DNA of 64,000 nucleotides, taken from positions 32,709 to 96,708 of IMG/VR virus record IMGVR_UViG_3300018080_000138; one strand, written 5' to 3'. Origin of the DNA: a virus. Below the pieces are notes generated by a model that ran no database searches, was not told the DNA's origin, and saw only the letters and a list, made by a program, of their open reading frames with translations. A program made the position numbers and the translations under genes. Of this stretch, positions 1-8,826 are shown one piece after another. Numbering within the stretch: the stretch's first letter is position 1; each line of letters starts with the position of its first letter.

Positions 1-10
1 AGTTACAGAT

Positions 11-418
11 ATGGTAGTTAGTATTCGTGAGAATATTCAACGCTTAATAGTGGTTATTGGTAGGTCGATTATAATAAGAGATAAGATTGAAAGTTCTCTT
101 ACTATTAAGCGAAGAATAATGAAAGAAAAGGTAGATTATTTATTGATAAATGATGCTGAAGTACAAGGTGGAAAAAGTAAGGGTGAAAGAGAAAGTATTG
201 CAGAGAGTAAACTTAAGAAGTTTAACCAGGAAATTGATGATATATCCGCATTATTTATTAGAATAAAAAGTTTTATTTCGGTTGCTATGTTAGTACATGA
301 AAATTTAAGGCATGGTAGAAGAGATATGGATTTTATTTATAACGCAGAATTATTTCGTAGAAATATTGGAATTAATGATAATAAGTTTAAAAAGGATACA
401 AAAGTATCATTTAATTAA
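11..418 (+). CDS. hypothetical helical protein, probably 5'-truncated by the window edge
   Basis: ORF track; frame stays open upstream of position 11; sits at the head of the replication module. Confidence 0.55.
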   Translation: MVVSIRENIQRLIVVIGRSIIIRDKIESSLTIKRRIMKEKVDYLLINDAEVQGGKSKGERESIAESKLKKFNQEIDDISALFIRIKSFISVAMLVHENLRHGRRDMDFIYNAELFRRNIGINDNKFKKDTKVSFN

Positions 419-451
419 AATAATATTAATATAATTTTTGGAGTAAAGTAA

Positions 452-1120
452 ATGGCGTCACAAATCAATGGATCAATAACTAAAATTGCAAAGAAGCTTA
501 ATATTCCAAGGCGGACAGTAAAGCTCGTTGTTAGAGCTTTGATGCAAGATATTTTAGTTACATTACCAAAAGAAGGAATTTTTCGTTTTGGAAATTTGTT
601 TACTTTAAAGGTAAAGAAACTTGCAGCAAAGAAGTATTGGAATAATTTTAAGTCTGAGTTTGGTAAGGTTGGTGAAAGAAATACGGTTCGTATTAAGGGA
701 GGTACGGCCTTAATAACTGCTGTTAATGATGGAACACATCCAAAGAAGGATAGGTTGGCTAAAAGAAAAAAAGAGAAGGCAGAAAAACCTGTAGCTGAGA
801 AGAAAAAGAAGAAGAGTGAAGCTAAATCAAAGAAACAAAAAACGAAGAAAGTTGTAGCTGAGAAGAAAACCAAGAAGAGTGAAGCTAAATCAAAGAAACA
901 AAAAACGAAGAAAGTTGCGGCTGAGAAGAAAACCAAGGCAAAAAAAGGAAAAAAAGTAAAAGAAGAAGTAATTGAACCTGATGTTAATGATGATCTTTTA
1001 ATTGAGGAAGATCTTGGTTTGGAAGATCTTGGTTTGGAAGATGATAATGATGGTAGTGAAATTTCCGACGATGACGATGACTTGGATGGTTTAGATGATC
1101 TCGATCTCGGTGATATTTAG
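452..1120 (+). CDS. HU/IHF-like DNA-binding protein with Lys/Ala-rich histone-H1-like repeats and an acidic C-terminal tail
   Basis: N-terminal ~90 aa follow the HU pattern (FRFGNLFTLKVKKLAAKKYWNN...ERNTVRIKGG); then 21-aa K-rich repeats and a D/E/L tail; RBS GGAG. Confidence 0.7.
   Translation: MASQINGSITKIAKKLNIPRRTVKLVVRALMQDILVTLPKEGIFRFGNLFTLKVKKLAAKKYWNNFKSEFGKVGERNTVRIKGGTALITAVNDGTHPKKDRLAKRKKEKAEKPVAEKKKKKSEAKSKKQKTKKVVAEKKTKKSEAKSKKQKTKKVAAEKKTKAKKGKKVKEEVIEPDVNDDLLIEEDLGLEDLGLEDDNDGSEISDDDDDLDGLDDLDLGDI
791..937 (+). repeat. 63-bp coding tandem repeat, about 2.3 copies (VAEKKxKKSEAKSKKQKTKKV)
   Basis: units start at 791, 854 and 917 (partial); near-identical DNA. Confidence 0.9.
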
Positions 1121-1132
1121 TTAGGAGACGAT

Positions 1133-1852
1133 ATGAAAGTAAATTGGGATGATGATTCTGTAAAAGATGATAATCAGTTTGGCACAAAGTATAAGGTGAA
1201 AGCTGGTAAAATGGATAGAATTTTTATTGTCGATAAAAATGCTGTACTTGTAATGCGGCATTATAAAAATAGTTATTTCGTATGTACAAAAGAATCAGGA
1301 AAGTGTGTTGGTTGTAGTAGAGGTTTAAAGGCGACTAAAAGTTTTGTTGCCCGTGTTGTACAATACTCAACGGAGTCTGACGGAAAGTTATCAAAACCAT
1401 TTAAGATGGAGTTAAAAACATGGGTATTTGGCTACGATAAGTTTGCGACATTAAGGTCAAAAGCTAAAGTTCATGGTAGTCTGCAAAAGATTGATTTAAT
1501 GACCACATGTAACACAAAACGAGATGAAAAATTTCAAGATATTGATATTGATGTTGCACCGAAGTGTTTGTTTGCAACTAATGCAAAGGTAAAGAAAAAA
1601 GTACTTGAACTTGTCAAGAAATCAGATATTGATTTAAAATCCCAAGCCGCAAGAACATTGACATTGAAGGAGCAAGCAAAATTATTCTTGGAAGGTAGTC
1701 AAGAAGATGAATCTTTCTCAGAACTTGATGATGATAGTTCAGTTTCTGAGCTTGAGAATGATTTGTTTGGTGACGATACGGGTGATAACCTTGAGGACAA
1801 TGATGAGATTAATGACTCGGGCGAACTTGATGACTTGCTTGATAATTTATAG
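1133..1852 (+). CDS. gp32-like single-stranded DNA-binding protein
   Basis: H...C...CVGC zinc ligands, strongly acidic tail ending LDDLLDNL, position before ruvC/recA, RBS AGGAG. Confidence 0.65.
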   Translation: MKVNWDDDSVKDDNQFGTKYKVKAGKMDRIFIVDKNAVLVMRHYKNSYFVCTKESGKCVGCSRGLKATKSFVARVVQYSTESDGKLSKPFKMELKTWVFGYDKFATLRSKAKVHGSLQKIDLMTTCNTKRDEKFQDIDIDVAPKCLFATNAKVKKKVLELVKKSDIDLKSQAARTLTLKEQAKLFLEGSQEDESFSELDDDSSVSELENDLFGDDTGDNLEDNDEINDSGELDDLLDNL

Positions 1853-1865
1853 TAGACATTACTTT

Positions 1866-1910
1866 AACCACCAACCATGTATTATATATATATGGTTGGT
1901 TGGTTTTTTT
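1866..1910 (+). terminator. intrinsic terminator after SSB
   Basis: ACCAACCAT...ATGGTTGGT stem followed by a T-tract. Confidence 0.75.
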
Positions 1911-2496
1911 CATTTTTAGTATAATAGTAGGTATTATCATAGAAAAAGAAATAAAATTTATTGGGATTGATTACTCATTAAGTAAGACAGGATTAGTTAT
2001 ACTGTGTCCGGATGGTAGATATGAGGCATCTTTGATTAAAGTTACTGGAAAAGGTATTAAAAGGACTAAGGATTTGGCCGATACTATAGTTGATACTTGT
2101 GGTGAAAGGAATATTATTATGATTGAAGATGTTTTTGCCGGTAGGAGTCCTGGTAATGCCATGAAGATTGCTAAAGGATGGGGAATGATTGTATGTAGTT
2201 TAATAAATAATGGTAATACAGTAATTTCTATGCCACCAAGTAGGTTAAGGTCATTTATACATAAAGGAAACCTTGGAAAATGGAAAGAATATATCCCAAG
2301 GGTTAGAAAGCAGTGGAATGTTGATGAGTATCAAGAAGATATTGTTGCTGCCTATGCATTGGCAAGGGCCGCAATGCTTTGGGAAATTAATAGGGTAAGA
2401 CCTACTGCAATAAAGTTAATTTCCAAAGGATTATCAAAGAAATTTACACCTCAGCAGGTATTAGTAATAAAAAGGCAATTTGATTTATATGAGTAA
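1900..2496 (+). CDS. ruvC: RuvC-like Holliday junction resolvase (start uncertain)
   Basis: IGIDYSLSKTG, MIEDVF, and C-terminal EDIVAAYALA motifs. Confidence 0.75.
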   Translation: MVFFIFSIIVGIIIEKEIKFIGIDYSLSKTGLVILCPDGRYEASLIKVTGKGIKRTKDLADTIVDTCGERNIIMIEDVFAGRSPGNAMKIAKGWGMIVCSLINNGNTVISMPPSRLRSFIHKGNLGKWKEYIPRVRKQWNVDEYQEDIVAAYALARAAMLWEINRVRPTAIKLISKGLSKKFTPQQVLVIKRQFDLYE

Positions 2497-3397
2497 AAAG
2501 AAGAATAGTGTTGGGAAGGTAGAACTTGATCAATGTATTTCATTTTTAGAGAATAAACTTTATCCAAATATTATCCAAGGGTTAACTGATGACATGGTCG
2601 AGGTTTATGATGTATGGAAAACAGGTTTACCTACTTTTAACTCAATCTCAGGAATTGGTGGTTTACCGAAGGGTAGACTTATTGAGATATTTGGTTCAGA
2701 AGGTGTTGGAAAATCATCACTTGCATTAAAATTTATAAAGGTTGTACAACAAGCTGGTGGTGTTGCGTTATACCTTGATTATGAGCATAGTTTTTCTACG
2801 AGATATGCAAGGATAAATGGTGTATCTTGTACAAAGGATAAATTTTTATTTTCTCAACCGGAATGCCTTGAAGATGGTTGGGACATTATAGATGCACTTA
2901 TTACTAATAATTTAGTTGATTTAATTGTCTTAGATAGTCTTGCGTCGGCACCAACAAGGGCAGAAGTAGAGGGTGATATTGGTGACTCACAAATTGCTGT
3001 CCATGCAAGAGCAGTATCTCATGCACTTCGAAAATTAACATCGAAATTAGGTAAATCAAATACAACGTTGATTTTTATAAATCAGATAAGATCAAAAATA
3101 CAGACAATGGGATATGGTAGAAAAGAAACAACTCCTGGTGGAAAGTCTGTAAAATTTTATGCATCTATGCGGTTTAGGATGGTAAGAACGAAGGGAATTA
3201 GAAGGAATATAAATATTGATGGGTTATCACAAAAAATTGAAGTAGTTAGTGAGATTAAAGTGATTGCTGCAAAAAATAAAATGGCACCTCCATTTAAGGA
3301 AGGTTATTTATATCTTGTACATGGTGCTGGAGTTTTTGAGAAGGTATCTGTTGATAAAGTATTAAAAGAATTGAAGAGAAGAGAAAATGTTAAATAG
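2489..3397 (+). CDS. recA: RecA recombinase
   Basis: GGLPKGRLIEIFGSEGVGKS, YLDYEH, IVLDSLA, FINQIR, ETTPGGKSVKFYAS, KNKMAPPFK. Confidence 0.95.
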   Translation: MSKKKNSVGKVELDQCISFLENKLYPNIIQGLTDDMVEVYDVWKTGLPTFNSISGIGGLPKGRLIEIFGSEGVGKSSLALKFIKVVQQAGGVALYLDYEHSFSTRYARINGVSCTKDKFLFSQPECLEDGWDIIDALITNNLVDLIVLDSLASAPTRAEVEGDIGDSQIAVHARAVSHALRKLTSKLGKSNTTLIFINQIRSKIQTMGYGRKETTPGGKSVKFYASMRFRMVRTKGIRRNINIDGLSQKIEVVSEIKVIAAKNKMAPPFKEGYLYLVHGAGVFEKVSVDKVLKELKRRENVK

Positions 3398-4364
3398 AGT
3401 AGTAATCAAAAATTTTCAGAGTTTAGAGCATATCGAGTTTGTACTTGGTAATATTACAGTAATTACCGGCGAGACTGACCATGGTAAGTCAGCAATTATT
3501 CGTGCAATTGATATGTGTAGTTCAGGAAGATTAGTAGGTGAGCATGTTACATTTGATAAAGAATTCTCTGAGACTCACTTGTTTTTTGATGATATTTCTA
3601 TAAGTTGTGTGAAAGGTAAAAGGATAAATTCTTATATAGTTGGTAGTAAAAAGTATAGTTCTGTTGGTCGTACATTACCAGTAGAAGTAATAAATGGACT
3701 AAACATGAAACCTATAAGTGGAATTAAAAAAGAAGTGTATTTTCCTCATATAGCTACTCAAAAACAATCACCTTTTATACTTTCTACATCTTCATCCGCT
3801 GCTAATAGAATAATAGGCAATTTGACTGGTATTGATGTTTTAACCAATGCTACTTATGATAATCAGAGTGAGATCTTGAAGCTTAAAAGAAAAAGAAGAT
3901 TTCATTTGGAAGAGGTACAGAGGTTAAAACAAGAGTATGATCCAAAAAAATTTTTAGTATTAAAGAAATTATTATTAAAAGTTCGTAAGTTAGAGGATAG
4001 TTATATAAAAGCCATTAAAAAGCGGTCTGTATTGTTGGAAAAGGAAAAGTTGACTAAACATGTTAAGAGTATTAGATGTAAATTGCAAAGTTTAAAGAAA
4101 CAATTGGCAATAGTTAATAAATTACCAAATGTTGATAATAAAATTAATGAGATAAGTGCAAAGAATGATGAGTGTGTATTGGTAGAAAATATTTTTAAGA
4201 GATTGTCTTTAGCTGAAGAAAATCTTAGTAAAATAAATAAATCCTTTAAGCAAGCATTAAAGGATTTAAAAGTTAAGTTGGATGGTTTAAAAGTTTGCCC
4301 ATTTTGCCTGTCAAGTATAGATACTAAGAAGATAAACAAAATTGTAAGGGAATTAATAAGATGA
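3387..4364 (+). CDS. SbcC/Rad50 ATPase, N-terminal half (Walker A, coiled coil, zinc hook)
   Basis: IKNFQS, GETDHGKS Walker A, coiled coil, CPFC hook near the C-terminus; no Walker B. Confidence 0.85.
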   Translation: MLNRVVIKNFQSLEHIEFVLGNITVITGETDHGKSAIIRAIDMCSSGRLVGEHVTFDKEFSETHLFFDDISISCVKGKRINSYIVGSKKYSSVGRTLPVEVINGLNMKPISGIKKEVYFPHIATQKQSPFILSTSSSAANRIIGNLTGIDVLTNATYDNQSEILKLKRKRRFHLEEVQRLKQEYDPKKFLVLKKLLLKVRKLEDSYIKAIKKRSVLLEKEKLTKHVKSIRCKLQSLKKQLAIVNKLPNVDNKINEISAKNDECVLVENIFKRLSLAEENLSKINKSFKQALKDLKVKLDGLKVCPFCLSSIDTKKINKIVRELIR

Positions 4365-5284
4365 TACTTATGTTTATAAATGATATACACCTTACATTGA
4401 CATCACCTGCAAAAAGGAAGCAAACATATTTTAAAGAAATTTGTGCGAAGTTAGAAGAAATAAAGGAGGTTGCAGAAAGAATTGGTAGTACTGCGATAGT
4501 ATTAACAGGTGATATTTTTCATAGGAGAAATGAGGATTACCTTACATTAAATTGGTTTTTGAATTGGATAAAAGAATGCCCATGTCCTGTTCATGCAGTT
4601 ATTGGAAATCATGATTATGTAGGTAATTTGGCAAATATTAGGTATAAACCAATGGGATCATTAATATGGTCGGGATTGTGTAATGTGAATAACGCATTTA
4701 TTGAAAGTGAGAATACTTCATGCATGTTATTTAAAAAGCATTGGAAGTATTCTAATGATGTAGAATACTATAAGGTTAAGAAAAGTTCTGCAAGGTATAA
4801 TATACTCGCAACACATGCACCATTTATTCCTGATGGTGTAAAGGGATTTGGAACAGTATTTAAGTATTCACAGATAAAGATGACCGTCGACTATATTTTT
4901 CATGGGCATCACCATAATGATTATGGTATTCAAGCAGTTAATGGAATACGATTTGTTAATCTTGGTGCATTATCAAGAGGATCGTTGGTTGAGAGAGATT
5001 TAAAGCGAGAAATAAAGATCCCAATTCTTTATTTAGGAAATAAGGCTACGGTAAAACAGTATAAGTTAAAAAATGTTTTACCAATTCACGAGGTCATATC
5101 TTCATCTGAGGAACAGTTATATGATATTGAGCGGTTGGATAAAGAAAAGGTAGATTTGTTTTTAAGTGAAGTTGGTATGACAAGAAAGGATACAATAGAT
5201 TTTTCTTGGGTATATGAAGATGTAGGTGACCCTGTTAAAACGTGTGTTAAGAATTATATAGAAAGACATATTTATGGACATTGA
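4361..5284 (+). CDS. SbcD/Mre11 metallophosphoesterase nuclease
   Basis: DIH, GDIFH, GNHD, ATH, GHHH, VNLGAL motifs. Confidence 0.9.
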   Translation: MILMFINDIHLTLTSPAKRKQTYFKEICAKLEEIKEVAERIGSTAIVLTGDIFHRRNEDYLTLNWFLNWIKECPCPVHAVIGNHDYVGNLANIRYKPMGSLIWSGLCNVNNAFIESENTSCMLFKKHWKYSNDVEYYKVKKSSARYNILATHAPFIPDGVKGFGTVFKYSQIKMTVDYIFHGHHHNDYGIQAVNGIRFVNLGALSRGSLVERDLKREIKIPILYLGNKATVKQYKLKNVLPIHEVISSSEEQLYDIERLDKEKVDLFLSEVGMTRKDTIDFSWVYEDVGDPVKTCVKNYIERHIYGH

Positions 5285-5507
5285 TAAACTTAAAAAGAAA
5301 ATTCTTGAAATAAAAACCAGGAAGAATATATTAGAAACTAAGATAGAAACTTTGGCCGTTGAACTACAAGCATTGCAGGAAAAGACAGGATTAATTAGTA
5401 CTGATGATATAGCAGCTCAGATTAAGCAGAATAACAATGAGATTAGAACAATAATATCGGTTGCTGATAAAATTTTATTAAAGGTAAAAGAAAACGATGG
5501 AATTTAA
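5274..5507 (+). CDS. small coiled-coil protein, possibly a third SbcC segment
   Basis: heptad pattern; overlaps both neighbours. Confidence 0.6.
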   Translation: MDIDKLKKKILEIKTRKNILETKIETLAVELQALQEKTGLISTDDIAAQIKQNNNEIRTIISVADKILLKVKENDGI

Positions 5508-6573
5508 AATACATAGCCAGATATTGAGTAGTATAGTAAAAAAATTTAGTCCAATATTGGCAAGTAAGGGCATGATAGAAGGACATGGGAATATTTTTTT
5601 AAATGCAAAAGGTAATAAGTTGCAGGTATTTGGAGAGAATACTTCAGTTGGGTTACTATTAAATGAATGTGATGTATCAATTATTAAAGATGGTAAAGTA
5701 GTAATAGATTTTTTAGTATTAAAAGAAATTTCAAGTCATACAAAAGATAATGTATTATTTAAAACTTCTGATAAGTTAGAAATAGTAAATAAAAGTACAA
5801 AATGGAAATTTGAGTTATTACAACAAAAATCTAAATTTCCTGGATTCCCAAAAAATAATACGAATAAAGTTGTACTAAAAACGAATGAACTTAATATTGC
5901 AATTAATCATACTTCGTATTCTGTTTGTAAAGATATGGCAAGGGTTGAGTTAAATCAGCTTGCGACATCTTCGGGATATTTGGTTGGGACAGATGGTATT
6001 AGATGTAGTATGTATAAAACAAAACTTGATTTAGCCATTCCTGAGGTTGCTATACAGTCATTGGTAACTTTATTAGACATTTTTGATGATAAAGACGTTT
6101 CTATCATAAGCTCTAAAAGTCATACATATTTTCTTTTTCCGTCTAATGTGTATTATTTTAGGAAGTATAATGCAAATTTTCCTGATATAAAGGAATCCGT
6201 ACTTAATTTAGTAAAAGATTATGACATGTATATCGAAGTAAATAGAGAACGTTTTATTGATACACTTGGTAGAATTGATATAGCAATTTATAAGGATCCT
6301 ACAACACCAGTTGATATTATTGTGTCCAATGGTAAACATTTAATAGTAAAAAGTGTAAGTAATACTGTGAAAAGTGTTGCTAAGATACCTGTAAGATTAG
6401 AAGGAATTAGTATTAATATTCGTGTTCGTTTAAAACATCTTACCGACGCATTAAATAAGTTATCGTCTAAGAATGTGAAGATATTTTATGCGGGATCTTC
6501 TAAACCTTTGTATATAAAGGCCGATAAGTATAAGATAGTAATTTTACCAATGGAAAAGGAAGATGAGAAATAG
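5497..6573 (+). CDS. dnaN: DNA polymerase III beta sliding clamp
   Basis: 358 aa; LVGTDGIR, NFPD and C-terminal VILPM motifs. Confidence 0.85.
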   Translation: MEFKIHSQILSSIVKKFSPILASKGMIEGHGNIFLNAKGNKLQVFGENTSVGLLLNECDVSIIKDGKVVIDFLVLKEISSHTKDNVLFKTSDKLEIVNKSTKWKFELLQQKSKFPGFPKNNTNKVVLKTNELNIAINHTSYSVCKDMARVELNQLATSSGYLVGTDGIRCSMYKTKLDLAIPEVAIQSLVTLLDIFDDKDVSIISSKSHTYFLFPSNVYYFRKYNANFPDIKESVLNLVKDYDMYIEVNRERFIDTLGRIDIAIYKDPTTPVDIIVSNGKHLIVKSVSNTVKSVAKIPVRLEGISINIRVRLKHLTDALNKLSSKNVKIFYAGSSKPLYIKADKYKIVILPMEKEDEK

Positions 6574-7180
6574 ATTAAAACATTCTATTGAGAGAATAGA
6601 AAAACAATTAAATATGTATAATAGTATGAGAATGAGTATTAAATATCATGAAGTTGAGTTAGAAAAAATTAACTCAGAATTATTGATTCAAGAAAAGAGT
6701 TTTTCCGTACTAAAGAAGGCACAAGAGGGAGTTACGGATATCCATAGTAGGCTTGAGGCAATGCAGTCGTATGCCTTAAGTTATATTTTAGAGCAGAATG
6801 TAAAATTTTCTTTTAACTTTTCTTCTGCAAAGTCTGGTTCAATGAGGTTTAAATTGTCATTGGATAATTCTAAACAGAAGACAGATATCTGTGGGTCAAG
6901 GGGTGGCGGTGTTGAAGACATAATGAGTTTTTTGTTTCGTGTGATTTGTGTATTAACACGAAAACAACGAAAATTTATAGCATTAGATGAACCATTTACT
7001 GCGATATCACAGAATAAATTTGAACGTTTGATGGAATTTATTGCCATGATAGTAAAAAAAACAGGTTTACAGCTTTTAATTGTTACACATAAAAAACAAT
7101 TATTAGACATAGCCGATGTTAAGTATAAGGTAAATCTTATAGATGGGAGTACTAAAATAAAAAGGTTAAAAAATGGTTAA
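6563..7180 (+). CDS. SbcC/Rad50 ATPase, C-terminal half (signature, Walker B, H-loop)
   Basis: GSRGGG signature, IALDEPF Walker B, LIVTH H-loop. Confidence 0.85.
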   Translation: MRNRLKHSIERIEKQLNMYNSMRMSIKYHEVELEKINSELLIQEKSFSVLKKAQEGVTDIHSRLEAMQSYALSYILEQNVKFSFNFSSAKSGSMRFKLSLDNSKQKTDICGSRGGGVEDIMSFLFRVICVLTRKQRKFIALDEPFTAISQNKFERLMEFIAMIVKKTGLQLLIVTHKKQLLDIADVKYKVNLIDGSTKIKRLKNG

Positions 7181-8294
7181 TCTTGCAATAAAGTACAGAC
7201 CGGTAACATTTGATAAAGTAATTGGACAAGAAGTAACTGTAAAAATACTTAAAAATATGGTAAAAACAAAGGACATATGCTTATCCTATGTATTTTCTGG
7301 ATCGTTTGGTACTGGAAAGACAACGTTAGCACGTATTTTTTCACGGGCTATAAATTGTGAGAATAAAGAATTTGGGTATAATCCCTGTAATAAATGCCAT
7401 ACATGTAAAAGTATTAGTTCAGATACTGCAATGGATGTTGTAGAAATGGATGCAGCATCCAATGGTCTTGTTAATGATATTAGAAATTTATCAGAGGCCG
7501 CAAAGTATAAACCAATTATTAATTATAAGGTTTTTATACTTGATGAAGCACATAGTATAAGTAATACGGCATTTCAGGTGTTTTTAAAGATGCTTGAGGT
7601 ACAGGGAAAAGCCGTATTTATTTTTTGTACAACAAGAAAAGATAAGATTCCTGAGACAATTTTATCAAGAAGTAGTGTTCATGATTTTTACCCTGTATCT
7701 GATGTGGATATTTTTTCTTTACTTAAAGATATAGCAGGTAAAGAAAATTTAAAATATGATGAGAAGGCATTGAAAATTATAAGTAAGTTGTCAGATGGAT
7801 CAGTCAGAAATGCATTGACTGTATTGAGTGATTTATCAACAATTGAAATAAGTGTGGCAAATACAGTAAAGTTATATGGATTGGTAACTAATAAATATTC
7901 TGATAGTATTTTTGAGTATTTATTCTCAGGAAGTGTAAACAATGCACTTAGATTGACTGTAAATGAGATAAATAAAGGAAGTGACATTAAAAATATGATT
8001 AAGTCGTTATCAAACACGTTACTTGATATTGTAAGTGCAAAATATAAGTGTTACCAGAGAATAAACGGATCATTAGAAAGAAAGAAAAGAATCTCAAAGT
8101 TAGCCCTAAAATTAAAAAATGGTATACCTTCTAAGTTATTTACGGAATTTTGTAATGCTGATTTTAATCTTCGTTCATTAATCCCAAGTAATATAACTAT
8201 GTTATTATTAATTTCATCAATGGCAGAAGTAATTGGAGTTGAGCAGAGAAATATATTGGATGTTTCTGATATTGAGAGGTTAATAAATGAGTGA
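7173..8294 (+). CDS. dnaX: DNA polymerase III gamma/tau clamp-loader subunit
   Basis: KYRPVTFDKVIGQE, GTGKTT, PCNKCHTC, EMDAASN, ILDEAH, ETILSR, DGSVRNA. Confidence 0.93.
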   Translation: MVNLAIKYRPVTFDKVIGQEVTVKILKNMVKTKDICLSYVFSGSFGTGKTTLARIFSRAINCENKEFGYNPCNKCHTCKSISSDTAMDVVEMDAASNGLVNDIRNLSEAAKYKPIINYKVFILDEAHSISNTAFQVFLKMLEVQGKAVFIFCTTRKDKIPETILSRSSVHDFYPVSDVDIFSLLKDIAGKENLKYDEKALKIISKLSDGSVRNALTVLSDLSTIEISVANTVKLYGLVTNKYSDSIFEYLFSGSVNNALRLTVNEINKGSDIKNMIKSLSNTLLDIVSAKYKCYQRINGSLERKKRISKLALKLKNGIPSKLFTEFCNADFNLRSLIPSNITMLLLISSMAEVIGVEQRNILDVSDIERLINE

Positions 8295-8826
8295 TATAAT
8301 AAAAAGAAATGAACTTATTTTAGCAATGATCCCAAAAGGTAGAGGGATGGTAGCAAAGTCAGAATATTTTAAGAAAATAATTAAGTTTTTTCTTCAAGGT
8401 TATAGCCCTGAGGTGATAGCCAGAATACTTCGTTTAAAACATGGAAGTAAGATTACAGCCGATTCTATAAGAAAGTATGTAAAGAGATATATTGATCCAA
8501 AGTTATTAAAATATCATTTAATTCTAAGAAACAAACTGAGAAAAAACTCAGTATATGTCGCAATAGAAGAGTTGTCTGCAATACAAGAGAATAGATTGTA
8601 TAATTTACTTAGACTTGAGAAAAAAAGTAAGGACAAATATATATCTGACGCAAGGTTTGAGATAGGTACACTGTTAAATCTTTATAAAGCATTAAATTCA
8701 ATGGACGTTATTGTTACTGAGGATGAGATTACTGCTAAGCAAGATTTAAGTTTTTCAAGTGATGGTGTTAGAGTTGATAAGGTAGTATCTCTTGCTAAAA
8801 GGATAAAACAAATAAGAGGTTATTAG
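8287..8826 (+). CDS. putative terminase small subunit (HTH)
   Basis: N-terminal HTH-like GYSPEVIARIL...ITADSIRKY; directly upstream of TerL. Confidence 0.5.
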   Translation: MSDIIKRNELILAMIPKGRGMVAKSEYFKKIIKFFLQGYSPEVIARILRLKHGSKITADSIRKYVKRYIDPKLLKYHLILRNKLRKNSVYVAIEELSAIQENRLYNLLRLEKKSKDKYISDARFEIGTLLNLYKALNSMDVIVTEDEITAKQDLSFSSDGVRVDKVVSLAKRIKQIRGY

